NCBI GenBank assembly: GCA_041685265.1
Contig: JAWLGC010000005.1
Coordinates: 178 to 64,177, forward strand
Source of the DNA: Desulfomicrobiaceae bacterium
GTDB lineage: Bacteria > Desulfobacterota > Desulfovibrionia > Desulfovibrionales > Desulfomicrobiaceae
DNA length: 64,000 nucleotides
Direction of reading: 5' to 3'
Part shown: in pieces, positions 9,073 to 18,624 of the stretch
How positions within the stretch are numbered: the stretch's first letter is position 1
Layout of the letters: each line of letters starts with the position of its first letter
Program-made: the position numbers and the translations under genes
Notes under the pieces: model-generated
The model's input: only the letters and a program-made list of their open reading frames with translations
What the model was told of the DNA's origin: nothing
The model's database searches: none

Positions 9073-9116
9073 GTTTTCGCCGTCCACAACAACCATCCGG
9101 CAACGAGTGCAATGCT

Positions 9117-10160
9117 ATGATCAATACCGTATTCATTCTCGTTATGACCCTGGCCCTGACCGGGATGATTTACCTGGGATTCTGGATTCTGCCCGCAGAG
9201 CGGTGGCAGATGTTCGGGGCCATCCCGTTACGCAAGAACAGCAACGGAACCTGGCAGGGACTGAACATCACCTGGTACGGGATACTGAACGGGCTCAGCT
9301 ACACTCTGGCAACGGCCCTGGTTCTCCTGCTGCTCGGCAGCATCCGCCTTCCCCTGACCGTGACCCTGTTTCTGGTCTTCGCCGTGCTCGGCCTGTGCAT
9401 TCCGGCCTCGAGTATCGTGGCCCGTATCGTCGAAAAGAAAAAACACACCTTCAGCGTGGGTGGAGCAGCCTTCGTGGGCATCCTGGCCACCCCCTGGATC
9501 GCCCTGGTCTCCATTCGTCTTCTGGCACCGCCCGATACCGCGGTCATGCCCGTACTGGCCGCCATCAGCATCGCCTACGCCCTGGGGGAGGGGACCGGAC
9601 GTCTGGCCTGCATCAGCTTCGGCTGCTGCTACGGTCGGGCCGTGCAGGATCTGCCGAAAAAATGGCAATCCCTGTTCTCCTCATTTCACCTCGTGTTTCA
9701 AGGCAAGACCAGAAAAATCGCCTATGCCGACAACCTGGACAACACCCCGGTGGTCCCCATTCAGATCATCACTTCCGCCCTGTACTGCTCAGCCGCACTG
9801 CTCGGCCTGATTCTGTTTCTCGGCTCGCATTTCACGACCGCTTTTCTGCTGACCCTGATGGTCACCCAGGGATGGCGGTTTCTTTCCGAATTCCTCCGGG
9901 CTGACTACCGAGGAGGCGGCAACACCTCCGCGTACCAGAAAATGGGTCTCATATCCATGGGCTATGGGCTGATCCCAGCCATATTCCTCGCCAACGGACC
10001 GGCTACGACCCCGAACCTCGCAGCCGGATTCGGACTGCTCTGGACCCCCGGGACCATCCTGTTCCTGCAGGGACTTTTTGTTCTGACCTCATTATACACC
10101 GGCCGCAGCGAGGTGACCGGTTCCACATTAGACTTTTACGTTGAACAGTCCCGGGTCTGA
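9117..10160 (+). CDS. Prolipoprotein diacylglyceryl transferase (Lgt)-family polytopic membrane protein
   Basis: 347-aa multi-TM ORF. 'GEGTGRLACISFGCCYGR' resembles the GRxGCxxxGCCYG motif of an Lgt subfamily. 'FLSEFLRADYRG' is also Lgt-like. Confidence 0.6.
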   Translation: MINTVFILVMTLALTGMIYLGFWILPAERWQMFGAIPLRKNSNGTWQGLNITWYGILNGLSYTLATALVLLLLGSIRLPLTVTLFLVFAVLGLCIPASSIVARIVEKKKHTFSVGGAAFVGILATPWIALVSIRLLAPPDTAVMPVLAAISIAYALGEGTGRLACISFGCCYGRAVQDLPKKWQSLFSSFHLVFQGKTRKIAYADNLDNTPVVPIQIITSALYCSAALLGLILFLGSHFTTAFLLTLMVTQGWRFLSEFLRADYRGGGNTSAYQKMGLISMGYGLIPAIFLANGPATTPNLAAGFGLLWTPGTILFLQGLFVLTSLYTGRSEVTGSTLDFYVEQSRV

Positions 10161-10184
10161 CCCCTTCCCTCCATACCATCTTCA

Positions 10185-10212
10185 GGGGCGACCCGCTGGT
10201 CGTCCCTCTTTT
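10185..10212 (+). terminator. Rho-independent terminator closing the 5655..10160 operon
   Basis: GGGGCGACC cgct GGTCGTCCC (9 bp including one G-T) followed by TCTTTT. Confidence 0.65.
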
Positions 10213-10315
10213 GATGGTTACCCGCCACAAAACCTCCTTGTCCACGTCCCCGGGCTGTCACATTCGCGCCGTAATATACAGGGATTGTCATCCATCTTTC
10301 ACCAAGTGGACCCTC

Positions 10316-12361
10316 ATGCCCCCTTTGCGCGCTTTCTTCCCGGCTCTTTTCACAGGCTCCCTTCTTCTGCCGCACCCGGCCCGTTCTCAAGCCGAACATC
10401 TCGACGCAGAAATCGCCGGCCTGGTCCACCCCACAAGATCCATCGGTGACGGGTTGATCACATACCTTTCCCAGGCCGGGACAGAAGTGATCATTCTGGC
10501 CATTTTCACCATCCTGACCCTGATCGCCCTGATCCGAACCCAGATTCTGCGCAACAGAATCTCCGCCCGATCTCAGGAGCTTCAACTGGCCAACAAGGCC
10601 CTCGAGGCAGAGATCCGGGGCAGGCGCCGGGTCCAGCAGGACCTCGACCTGGAGCGAGCCTACTTCTCCCAGCTGTTTGCCAATTCCCCCCAGGCTATCA
10701 TACTCATCGGCCGGGACGGGGCCATTGTGGATCTGAATGCAGGATTTGAAAAACTCTTCGGGGTAAGCAAAGAGGATCTGGCCCACGGGTTCGACTGGAA
10801 AAAGCTGATCCCGGGGGAGTATGTCCAGGAAGCGATCTCCATCCGCAAAACAATTCTAGGCGGAAAACCGCTTATCCGGGAAACGGTTCGGGTTCATAAG
10901 CAGGGGTATCCCATTCCGGTCTGTATGACCGGATACCCGGTCCTGCTCCAGGGCAGAATCGAGGCCATATTCTACATCTACTCCGACATCTCCGAACGAA
11001 AATCATTTGAAGAACAACTCGTCACCCGGGCCTGCTACGACACCCTGACCGGACTGCCCAACCGGAGTCTGTTCCTGGACCGCCTGAACCGGGCCATCGT
11101 CCGCAGAAAACAAAACCAGAATCCATCCTTTGCCGTACTCATGCTCGACCTGGACAGATTCAAAAGGGTCAACGACAGCCTGGGCCACCAGGCAGGGGAT
11201 GCCCTGCTTGCCGAAATCGGATCCCGCCTGCAACGCTGCGTACGGTCCATGGATACCGTTGCCCGGTTCGGGGGGGACGAATTCGCGATTCTGCTCGAAG
11301 ACCTCTCCACGGTCCGGGAGATCCTGCCGGTGATCGAACGCATCCAACGCATCATGGATCGTTCCTGCCGGATCGCGAATCGACACATTCATACGAGCAC
11401 CAGCATCGGGGTCGTTCTCGACGGTTCGCGTTATGACACGGCCGACCCCATGCTTCGGGATGCCGATATCGCCATGTACCGGGCCAAAGATCGCGGCCCG
11501 GGAAAGTTCAAGATCTTCAATCAACGGATGCACGTCCGGGCCGAAGAAAGCCTGTATATGGAAAATGCCCTGCGCCAGGCAATGGGTACAGCCCAAATCT
11601 CCCTGCATTACCAGCCCATCGTATCCGTAAGCGATGCCTCCATCATCGGATTCGAGGCACTGCTTCGATGGAACCATCCCGAAATCGGCCGGATTGCACC
11701 GGACAGGTTCATCCCTCTGGCCGAAGAAACAGGACTGATAATCCAGCTTGGTCAATGGGTTCTGCACGAGGCATGTACAATGCTCGCCAGGTGGCGATCC
11801 ATGCCGGGTAACGACAGCCTGACCATGAGCGTAAACCTCTCCACCCGCCAGCTGGAACAAAAAGACCTGGTCCCCTTTATTTCACGTCTGCTGTCGACGC
11901 ACGATCTTCCCGGGTCCGCCCTTAAACTGGAGATCACCGAAAACCTGCTCATGCAGAACAGCCGTGTCTGCCTGGAAAAACTCCAGGAATTAAAAAAACT
12001 CGAACTGGACCTGGCTGTGGACGATTTCGGCACCGGGTACTCATCACTGAGCTACCTGCAGCAGTTTCCCGTTGATCAACTGAAGATCGACAGATCTTTT
12101 GTGAGCGGACAATCCGCAACAACCAAAGGACGGGAGATTGTCCGGGCCATCATCGACATGGCCAGACATCTGAAACTCAAGGTAGTGGCCGAAGGCGTGG
12201 AGGAACAGGACCAGCTCATCAGGTTGCGCGACCAGGGGTGCGATCACGCCCAGGGCTATTTCTTTTCCCGCCCCCTGTGTCAGGAGAAGGCGGAAGGACT
12301 TCTGTGCACCCCCGGAGATCACCAGTCCGGGCCCGCCGATCTCGTCGCCCCGCACGGATGA
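10316..12361 (+). CDS. Membrane-anchored PAS-GGDEF-EAL c-di-GMP turnover protein
   Basis: ORF 10211..12361. 'GGDEFAILL', 'FEALLRW', 'DDFGTGYSSL', 'KIDRSF', a TM segment and a coiled coil. Start placed at MPPLRAFF (signal-like); the start is uncertain. Confidence 0.88.
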   Translation: MPPLRAFFPALFTGSLLLPHPARSQAEHLDAEIAGLVHPTRSIGDGLITYLSQAGTEVIILAIFTILTLIALIRTQILRNRISARSQELQLANKALEAEIRGRRRVQQDLDLERAYFSQLFANSPQAIILIGRDGAIVDLNAGFEKLFGVSKEDLAHGFDWKKLIPGEYVQEAISIRKTILGGKPLIRETVRVHKQGYPIPVCMTGYPVLLQGRIEAIFYIYSDISERKSFEEQLVTRACYDTLTGLPNRSLFLDRLNRAIVRRKQNQNPSFAVLMLDLDRFKRVNDSLGHQAGDALLAEIGSRLQRCVRSMDTVARFGGDEFAILLEDLSTVREILPVIERIQRIMDRSCRIANRHIHTSTSIGVVLDGSRYDTADPMLRDADIAMYRAKDRGPGKFKIFNQRMHVRAEESLYMENALRQAMGTAQISLHYQPIVSVSDASIIGFEALLRWNHPEIGRIAPDRFIPLAEETGLIIQLGQWVLHEACTMLARWRSMPGNDSLTMSVNLSTRQLEQKDLVPFISRLLSTHDLPGSALKLEITENLLMQNSRVCLEKLQELKKLELDLAVDDFGTGYSSLSYLQQFPVDQLKIDRSFVSGQSATTKGREIVRAIIDMARHLKLKVVAEGVEEQDQLIRLRDQGCDHAQGYFFSRPLCQEKAEGLLCTPGDHQSGPADLVAPHG

Positions 12362-12379
12362 CCGTGTCCCGGCCGAACA

Positions 12380-12419
12380 CTGTCACAAGACTTCTACCCC
12401 CCTGTCACACTCCTGTAAC
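12380..12419 (+). promoter_or_regulatory. Tandem Pho boxes of the pst promoter
   Basis: CTGTCAC aaga CTTCTAC cccc CTGTCAC actc CTGTAAC, i.e. 7-bp repeats with 4-bp spacers. A TATACT -10-like hexamer at 12432..12437 follows 12 nt later. The pstS ATG is at 12487. Confidence 0.8.
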
Positions 12420-12486
12420 ATTTCATACCTATATACTTGCGTATCGAAAGGCACATTGCTTACAACAACTCTATTTGGAGGAAATT

Positions 12487-13296
12487 ATGAAAAAAGGACT
12501 TCTTCTCTCTCTGGCCCTTCTGCTGGCCATGACCTCTGCCGCCTGGGCCAAATCCCTGCAGATCAAAGGCTCCACCACAGTTCTGCCCATCGCCCAGAAA
12601 GCTGCTGAAGCGTACATGAAGGAATACCCCGAGGTCTCCATCTCCCTTTCCGGCGGCGGATCGAGCAACGGCATCAAGGCCCTCATCGACGGGACCACCG
12701 ACATCGCCGACGCCTCCCGGTTCATCAAGGGCAAGGAAGTCAAAAAGGCCGTTGAGAACGGCAACTACCCCGTGCCCTTCGCAGTCGCCTATGACGCCAT
12801 CGTGCCCATCGTGCACCCCTCCAACCCGGTCGAAAACCTGACCACCGCCCAGCTCAAAGACATCTACATGGGCAAGATCACCAACTGGAAGGACGTAGGC
12901 GGTAATGACATGCGCATCGTGGTCATCTCCCGTGACTCCTCCTCCGGTACCTTCGAAACCTGGGAAGGAAAAGTCATGGACAAGGAACGCGTGTTCCCCG
13001 CTGCTCAGTTGGTCGCTTCCGCCGGCGCAGTCGACCAGGCCGTGGCCAAAAACAAGTACGCAATCGGCTACAACGGCATCGGCTACCTGAACGACTCCAT
13101 CAAGGGCCTGACCGTCAACGGCGTCGAGGGTACCAACGAAACCGCCCTGAGCGGCGAGTTCCCCATTTCCCGGCCCCTGTTCATGTTCACCAACGGCTGG
13201 CCCAAGGGCGAAACCGCTAAATTCATCCAGTACGTTCTGAACCCCAACAAGGGCCAGAAGGCTGTTGCTGAATCCGGTTACGTTCCCCTGTACTAG
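12487..13296 (+). CDS. pstS: Phosphate ABC transporter substrate-binding protein
   Basis: MKKGLLL signal peptide after GGAGG. 'IKGSTTVLPIAQKAAEAY', 'SGGGSSNGIKALIDGTTDIADASR'. Part of ORF 12238..13296. Confidence 0.92.
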   Translation: MKKGLLLSLALLLAMTSAAWAKSLQIKGSTTVLPIAQKAAEAYMKEYPEVSISLSGGGSSNGIKALIDGTTDIADASRFIKGKEVKKAVENGNYPVPFAVAYDAIVPIVHPSNPVENLTTAQLKDIYMGKITNWKDVGGNDMRIVVISRDSSSGTFETWEGKVMDKERVFPAAQLVASAGAVDQAVAKNKYAIGYNGIGYLNDSIKGLTVNGVEGTNETALSGEFPISRPLFMFTNGWPKGETAKFIQYVLNPNKGQKAVAESGYVPLY

Positions 13297-13340
13297 TCTC
13301 CGGGTGATACCCGTCCGGTAGAAGAGCACAACCACACAGA

Positions 13341-13375
13341 GGGACCGGTCGAAGCACACCCCTTCGGCCGGTCCC
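13341..13375 (+). other. Intercistronic stem-loop between pstS and pstC (possible partial terminator or mRNA stabiliser)
   Basis: GGGACCGGTCGAAG cacaccc CTTCGGCCGGTCCC (14 bp, one mismatch) with only a weak T tract (TTCTC). Confidence 0.5.
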
Positions 13376-13437
13376 TTCTCATGGATCAACCCCAGCCGGC
13401 ACCGGACTGCCTCCAGCCCGATGCCACGGATCACGCC

Positions 13438-14331
13438 ATGACCAACTCGCGCCAGAAAAAAGAAAAACTCATTCACTTCGGCTTCTTTTCATTGGCCTCG
13501 ATTTCCATCCTGATCCTGGCCATGATCATGGTCTTTCTCTTTTCCCAGGGAGTGCCCATCTTCGAGCATGTCAGTGTGATGGACTTTCTGTTCGGAAACT
13601 ACTGGTATCCCACGTCCGAACCGCCGAACTTCGGAATCTTTCCCCTGCTGATGGCCTCTCTGGCGGTCACCGCCCTGTCCTCGGCCATCGCCATCCCTCT
13701 CGGGGTCATGACCGCCATCTACCTGGCCGAGATCGCCTCGCCCCGAATGCGCAATTTCACCAAACCCCTGGTGGAACTTCTGGCCGCCCTGCCCTCCGTG
13801 GTTATCGGCTTTTTCGGGATGGTCATCGTGGCCCCGTTTCTTCTTGAGACCCTGGACCTGTACTCCGGGCTGAACCTGTTCAATGCCTCGCTCATGCTCG
13901 CGTTCATGTCCGTACCGACCATCTGCTCCATCTCCGAAGATGCCATCTACTCGGTCCCGGAAGAACTGCGCGAAGCCTCGCTGGGGCTCGGGGCCACGCA
14001 CTGGCAGACCATCTGCAGGGTGGTCATTCCGGCCTCCCTGTCCGGGATCTCCACGGCCATTATCCTGGGCATGTCCCGGGCCATCGGAGAAACCATGGTC
14101 GTGCTCATGGTCGCAGGCGGCGCAGGCCTGATCCCCTCGTCCATTTTTGATCCGGTCCGGCCCATGCCGGCCAGTATCGCCGCGGAAATGGCCGAAGCGC
14201 CCTTTCACAGCGAACACTACTACGCCCTGTTCGGCATCGGTCTGGTGCTGTTCATCTTCACCTTTCTGTTCAACCTGGTGGCAGATTACATCGCCAACAA
14301 GCACTCCCAGGTCGGCGCAGCCACCCTGTAG
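13438..14331 (+). CDS. pstC: Phosphate ABC transporter permease
   Basis: ORF 13381..14331. Multi-TM with the EAA-like loop 'EELREASLGLGATHWQT'. Start at MTNSRQ chosen; 13381 is also possible. Confidence 0.9.
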   Translation: MTNSRQKKEKLIHFGFFSLASISILILAMIMVFLFSQGVPIFEHVSVMDFLFGNYWYPTSEPPNFGIFPLLMASLAVTALSSAIAIPLGVMTAIYLAEIASPRMRNFTKPLVELLAALPSVVIGFFGMVIVAPFLLETLDLYSGLNLFNASLMLAFMSVPTICSISEDAIYSVPEELREASLGLGATHWQTICRVVIPASLSGISTAIILGMSRAIGETMVVLMVAGGAGLIPSSIFDPVRPMPASIAAEMAEAPFHSEHYYALFGIGLVLFIFTFLFNLVADYIANKHSQVGAATL

Positions 14332-14354
14332 CGACCGGACGGATCGAGGAATAC

Positions 14355-15221
14355 ATGCTATCCACCACATCCACGCAGCGTAAAGTCATCCAGACCATGA
14401 TGTTCACCCTGCTCAGGGGAGCCGTGCTCATCAACGGTCTGGCCCTGGCCATCATCGTCTTTTTTTTGCTCAAGAACGGCATCGGGGCAATCAGCTGGGA
14501 ATTTCTGACCGCCAAACCGTATGATTCCATGACCAAGGGCGGAATTTTCCCCTGCATCGTGGGCACCCTGATCCTCGGTGTCGGATCCATGCTCGTGGCC
14601 TTTCCCCTCGGGGTGGCCTCGGCCATCTATCTGCAGGAATACGCCCGGCCCGGAAAAACCGTGCGTATCATCCGCCTCGGCATCAACAACCTGGCCGGAG
14701 TCCCGTCCGTTGTCTTCGGGCTGTTCGGTCTGGCCTTTTTTGTGACCTGGTGCGGATTCGGAGTATCCATACTGTCCGGAATACTGACCCTCGGCTTTCT
14801 GACCCTTCCGGTCATCATCGGTACAGCCGAGGAATCCCTCCGGTCCGTTCCCCAGACATATCGGGAAGCCTCGCTGGGACTCGGGGCGACCAAGTGGCAG
14901 ACCATATCCAGGGTCGTGCTGCCGACTGCTTTGCCCGGCATGCTCACCGGTTCAATTCTCGGCCTGTCCAGAGCCGCCGGGGAGACTGCAGCCATCATGT
15001 TCACCGCCTCTGTATTTTTCTCTCCGAAAATGCCGACTTCCATTTTTAGTGATGTAATGGCACTTCCGTATCATATTTATGTCCTGGCCACGGCCGGAAC
15101 CGACATCGAAGAGACTCGGCCGCTGCAATACGGAACAGCCCTGGTGCTCATCACCCTGGTCTTCGGGATGAACCTGCTGGCCATCTGGTACCGGGCCCGG
15201 ATTCAGAAAAAAAGACGTTAA
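14355..15221 (+). CDS. pstA: Phosphate ABC transporter permease
   Basis: 288-aa multi-TM ORF. 'YREASLGLGATKWQTISRVVLP'. Paralogous to pstC. Confidence 0.9.
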   Translation: MLSTTSTQRKVIQTMMFTLLRGAVLINGLALAIIVFFLLKNGIGAISWEFLTAKPYDSMTKGGIFPCIVGTLILGVGSMLVAFPLGVASAIYLQEYARPGKTVRIIRLGINNLAGVPSVVFGLFGLAFFVTWCGFGVSILSGILTLGFLTLPVIIGTAEESLRSVPQTYREASLGLGATKWQTISRVVLPTALPGMLTGSILGLSRAAGETAAIMFTASVFFSPKMPTSIFSDVMALPYHIYVLATAGTDIEETRPLQYGTALVLITLVFGMNLLAIWYRARIQKKRR

Positions 15222-15238
15222 CCACAACCAAGACACAC

Positions 15239-15916
15239 ATGAAACGTATCCTTGTCATCGAAGACGAACCCGATATCGCCGACCTGCTCGCGTTCAACCT
15301 GAAGGCCGAAGGATTTACCCCTCTCGTGGCCCGAGAGGGAGAGAAAGGGCTGAAGATGGCGCTGAACGAAAAACCGGATCTCATTCTGCTGGACCTCATG
15401 CTTCCCGGAATCAGCGGCACGGACCTGTGCAAACAGATCAAGGGCAATCCCGGGAGCAACCATATTCCGATCATCATGCTTACGGCCAAGAGTGAAGAAA
15501 TAGACCGCATACTCGGCTTCGAACTCGGTGCGGATGACTATGTGCTCAAACCCTTCAGCCCGCGGGAACTCCTTCTGCGTATCAAAGCCGTGCTGAAACG
15601 AAGCTCCGGAGCCACACCGGCCCTGAAGCAGTGGGAAAAGGAGGGCCTGCTGGCCGATTTCGACTCCTATACCCTGACCGTGGACGGGGAGGACGCACAT
15701 CTGACTCCAACGGAATTCAATCTGTTCGCCGAATTCGTCAAAAACCAGGGCAAGGTCCTCAGCCGGGAAAAACTGCTCGTCAATGCCTGGGGGTACGACT
15801 ACGAAGGGTACAGCAGAACCGTGGACACCCATATCAGACGGCTGCGCAAAAAACTCGGACCGTATTCCCCGCTGCTGGAAACCGTCCGCGGTATCGGCTA
15901 CCGCCTCAAGGCGTAA
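15239..15916 (+). CDS. phoB: OmpR-family response regulator (PhoB)
   Basis: Receiver domain 'ILVIEDE...DLILLDLMLPG...PIIMLTAK' plus a winged helix 'LTPTEFNLF...VDTHIRRLRKKL'. Embedded in the pst operon. Confidence 0.88.
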   Translation: MKRILVIEDEPDIADLLAFNLKAEGFTPLVAREGEKGLKMALNEKPDLILLDLMLPGISGTDLCKQIKGNPGSNHIPIIMLTAKSEEIDRILGFELGADDYVLKPFSPRELLLRIKAVLKRSSGATPALKQWEKEGLLADFDSYTLTVDGEDAHLTPTEFNLFAEFVKNQGKVLSREKLLVNAWGYDYEGYSRTVDTHIRRLRKKLGPYSPLLETVRGIGYRLKA

Positions 15917-15959
15917 CAGGCACCTCACCCGTACAATATACCTGTAAAAGGAGCGGGAC

Positions 15960-17759
15960 ATGACAAGCGCATCCTCCCTCAAAGTACGACTTCTGCTTGC
16001 CTTCGGGGTGGTCCTGATCCTGGCCGTAGCGGGTCCGGGACTCTATTTCGGCAAGATGATCACTGAGGAAAGCCGCACAGAAGCCGCGACAAGTATCACC
16101 CGCGAACTACACACGATCCACTGGACGCTGAAACACCTGAACGCTCCGGCCTCGCTGCCGACCCTGAGCAGCACCATCAACGACCTGGCCCGGGCGTCCG
16201 GAGTGCGTATCACCTTTATCGAAAACACGGGGCGGGTAACCCTTGATTCGGCTACGCCCCTTGGAAGCATCGACACCCTGGACAACCATGCCTCCAGGCC
16301 CGAAGTGAGCGCCGCCAGAAGAAACGGGACCGGAACCAGCATCCGCCACAGCGGGACGCTGGATTCCTCCCTGGTTTACGCGGCCGTGCAGGCCCCGGCT
16401 CTCCCGGGCCTGCCTCCCGGCATCCTGCGCATCGCCGCTCCCTATGCCCGAACCGAGGCCTTTGCCAAACGATTGTACGGAAACACCCCGCTGGTTCTCG
16501 GGGTGACGTTCTGCCTCGGTTTTATCCTGTTCTCTCTGGTTCTACGAAACATGAACCGGTCCCTGCAGGCCATTGTCACCGTGGCCGGAGAACTGGGCCA
16601 GGGGGCCCAGGGCAAGCGCATACGGGTTTCACCGGCCCGCGAATTCGACCCCCTGGTCTCGGCCTTTAATCAGATGGCAAAACGGATCGAGCACAATATC
16701 GCCACCATCACGACCCAGAAAAAGGAATCCGAAGCCATTTTGAACGGGATGCGGGCCGGAGTCATGGTCGTGGACGGGGAAGGAAAGATTCTGCGCGGCA
16801 ACTACGCCCTTGAAGAAATTTTTCCCGGCATCCATGCCTTTGCCGGCAAAAACCCGCTCGAGGCCGTGCTCATCACCCAGCTGCAGCACATTTGCGAACA
16901 GGCACTGCACAACAGAGAACGGGGGGACTTTTCCCAGATCTCGACCCAGATCGAAGTCGGCTCGGGCCGATATTTCGAAGTCAGTGTGGTCCCGGTACAG
17001 GGAGAAAAAACCCTGGGCGCGATCCTGGTCTTTCATGACATCACGGAAATCAAGCGGGTCGAAAAGATCAGGCGGGACTTCGTGGCCAATGTATCCCATG
17101 AACTGCGTACCCCGCTGACTTCGATCAAGGGATACTCGGAAACCCTGCTGTCCATGCCCGCTCTGCGCGATGGGCAGGAAGGCAGCTTTCTGAACATCAT
17201 CCTGCGCAACGCCAACAATATGAACAAGATGCTCGACGAGCTCCTGCAGCTTTCCCGCATCGAGGCCAGACGAGACGCCATCGACCTGCGGCCCGTTGAC
17301 GTCCCGGCCTCCATCTACAGCGCATGGAAGAGCTGCGAGCACATCATCACGGAAAAAAACATCAGCTATGAAAATCTGACTCCCCGCGATCTTTCAAAAA
17401 TCAAGGCCAATTCCGAACAAGCGGTTCAGGTTTTTCGCAATATTCTGGAAAACGCCGTCAAGTACGTCGCAGAGGAAACCGGAACCATCTCGGTCCGGGC
17501 CGAGGAGGATGCCGAGTCGGTCACCGTCACCGTTACAGACAACGGCCCCGGCATCCCCGAGGAAGATCAGAGTCGAATATTCGAACGCTTTTACAGGGTG
17601 GAAAAACACCGTAACAGCAAAATCTCCGGAACGGGGCTGGGCCTGGCCATCTGCAGGCACATTCTCCTCAACCATGGCGGAACTATCAGTGTCGTCAGTC
17701 CGGTACCGGAAACCGGAACAGGAAGCAGGTTCGTCATCACCTTTCCCAAGGCAGAATGA
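15960..17759 (+). CDS. phoR: Phosphate-sensing histidine kinase (PhoR-like: HAMP/PAS, HisKA, HATPase)
   Basis: H-box 'SHELRTPLTSIKGY', 'DNGPGIP', 'GTGLGLAICR'. Confidence 0.85.
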   Translation: MTSASSLKVRLLLAFGVVLILAVAGPGLYFGKMITEESRTEAATSITRELHTIHWTLKHLNAPASLPTLSSTINDLARASGVRITFIENTGRVTLDSATPLGSIDTLDNHASRPEVSAARRNGTGTSIRHSGTLDSSLVYAAVQAPALPGLPPGILRIAAPYARTEAFAKRLYGNTPLVLGVTFCLGFILFSLVLRNMNRSLQAIVTVAGELGQGAQGKRIRVSPAREFDPLVSAFNQMAKRIEHNIATITTQKKESEAILNGMRAGVMVVDGEGKILRGNYALEEIFPGIHAFAGKNPLEAVLITQLQHICEQALHNRERGDFSQISTQIEVGSGRYFEVSVVPVQGEKTLGAILVFHDITEIKRVEKIRRDFVANVSHELRTPLTSIKGYSETLLSMPALRDGQEGSFLNIILRNANNMNKMLDELLQLSRIEARRDAIDLRPVDVPASIYSAWKSCEHIITEKNISYENLTPRDLSKIKANSEQAVQVFRNILENAVKYVAEETGTISVRAEEDAESVTVTVTDNGPGIPEEDQSRIFERFYRVEKHRNSKISGTGLGLAICRHILLNHGGTISVVSPVPETGTGSRFVITFPKAE

Positions 17760-17795
17760 CCACCCCACCAAACGTCAGCAACCCATGAGACGCAT

Positions 17796-18557
17796 ATGAT
17801 TCAGGACATCAAGATTTCTTCACAGCATCTCGATTTTTACTATTCCGACTTCCACGCCCTGCACGACATCACCATGGACTTCTATGTCAATCAGGCCACG
17901 GCCCTCATCGGACCTTCCGGATGCGGAAAATCAACCTTTCTGCGCTGCATCAACCGCATGAACGACCTCATCCCCGGCACCCGGGTGGAAGGGGCCCTTG
18001 TTCTGGACGGCAGCAACATCTACGATCCCGGGGTGGACGTCGTTGAACTGCGCCGAAGTGTGGGAATGGTTTTTCAAAAGCCCAACCCGTTTCCAAAAAC
18101 CATTTTCGAGAATGTCGCCTACGGGCTGCGGGTCAACGGGGTCACGGACAAGGAATACATCGCCGAACGGGTGGAGGAGAGCATCAAGCTTTCCGCCCTG
18201 TGGACAGAGGTCAAAGACAGACTGCACCAGTCCGCACTCGGACTGTCCGGCGGGCAGCAGCAACGGTTATGCATCGCCCGGGCCCTGGCCGTTGAGCCCG
18301 AAGTGCTGCTCATGGATGAGCCGGCCTCTGCCCTTGATCCCATCGCCACCCAGAAGATCGAAGAACTGATTCACGAGCTCAAAAAGCAGTTCACCATCGT
18401 CATCGTCACCCACTCGATGCAGCAGGCTGCCCGTGTTTCAGACCGAACCGCTTTTTTCTACATGGGCAAGCTGATCGAGGTCGGACAGACAGACAAGGTT
18501 TTCACCCGTCCGGAACAGAAACAGACCGAGGACTACATTACCGGCAGATTCGGTTAA
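17796..18557 (+). CDS. pstB: Phosphate ABC transporter ATP-binding protein
   Basis: Walker A 'GPSGCGKST', signature 'LSGGQQQRL', Walker B '[11 protein letters not shown]', and a typical PstB C-terminus '[10 protein letters not shown]'. Confidence 0.95.
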   Translation: MIQDIKISSQHLDFYYSDFHALHDITMDFYVNQATALIGPSGCGKSTFLRCINRMNDLIPGTRVEGALVLDGSNIYDPGVDVVELRRSVGMVFQKPNPFPKTIFENVAYGLRVNGVTDKEYIAERVEESIKLSALWTEVKDRLHQSALGLSGGQQQRLCIARALAVEPEVLLMDEPASALDPIATQKIEELIHELKKQFTIVIVTHSMQQAARVSDRTAFFYMGKLIEVGQTDKVFTRPEQKQTEDYITGRFG

Positions 18558-18624
18558 ACGTACACCAGGGAAGTCCCCCTGTTTCAGATCCGATCATACT
18601 TTTTTTCATAACGAGGTAACAACA

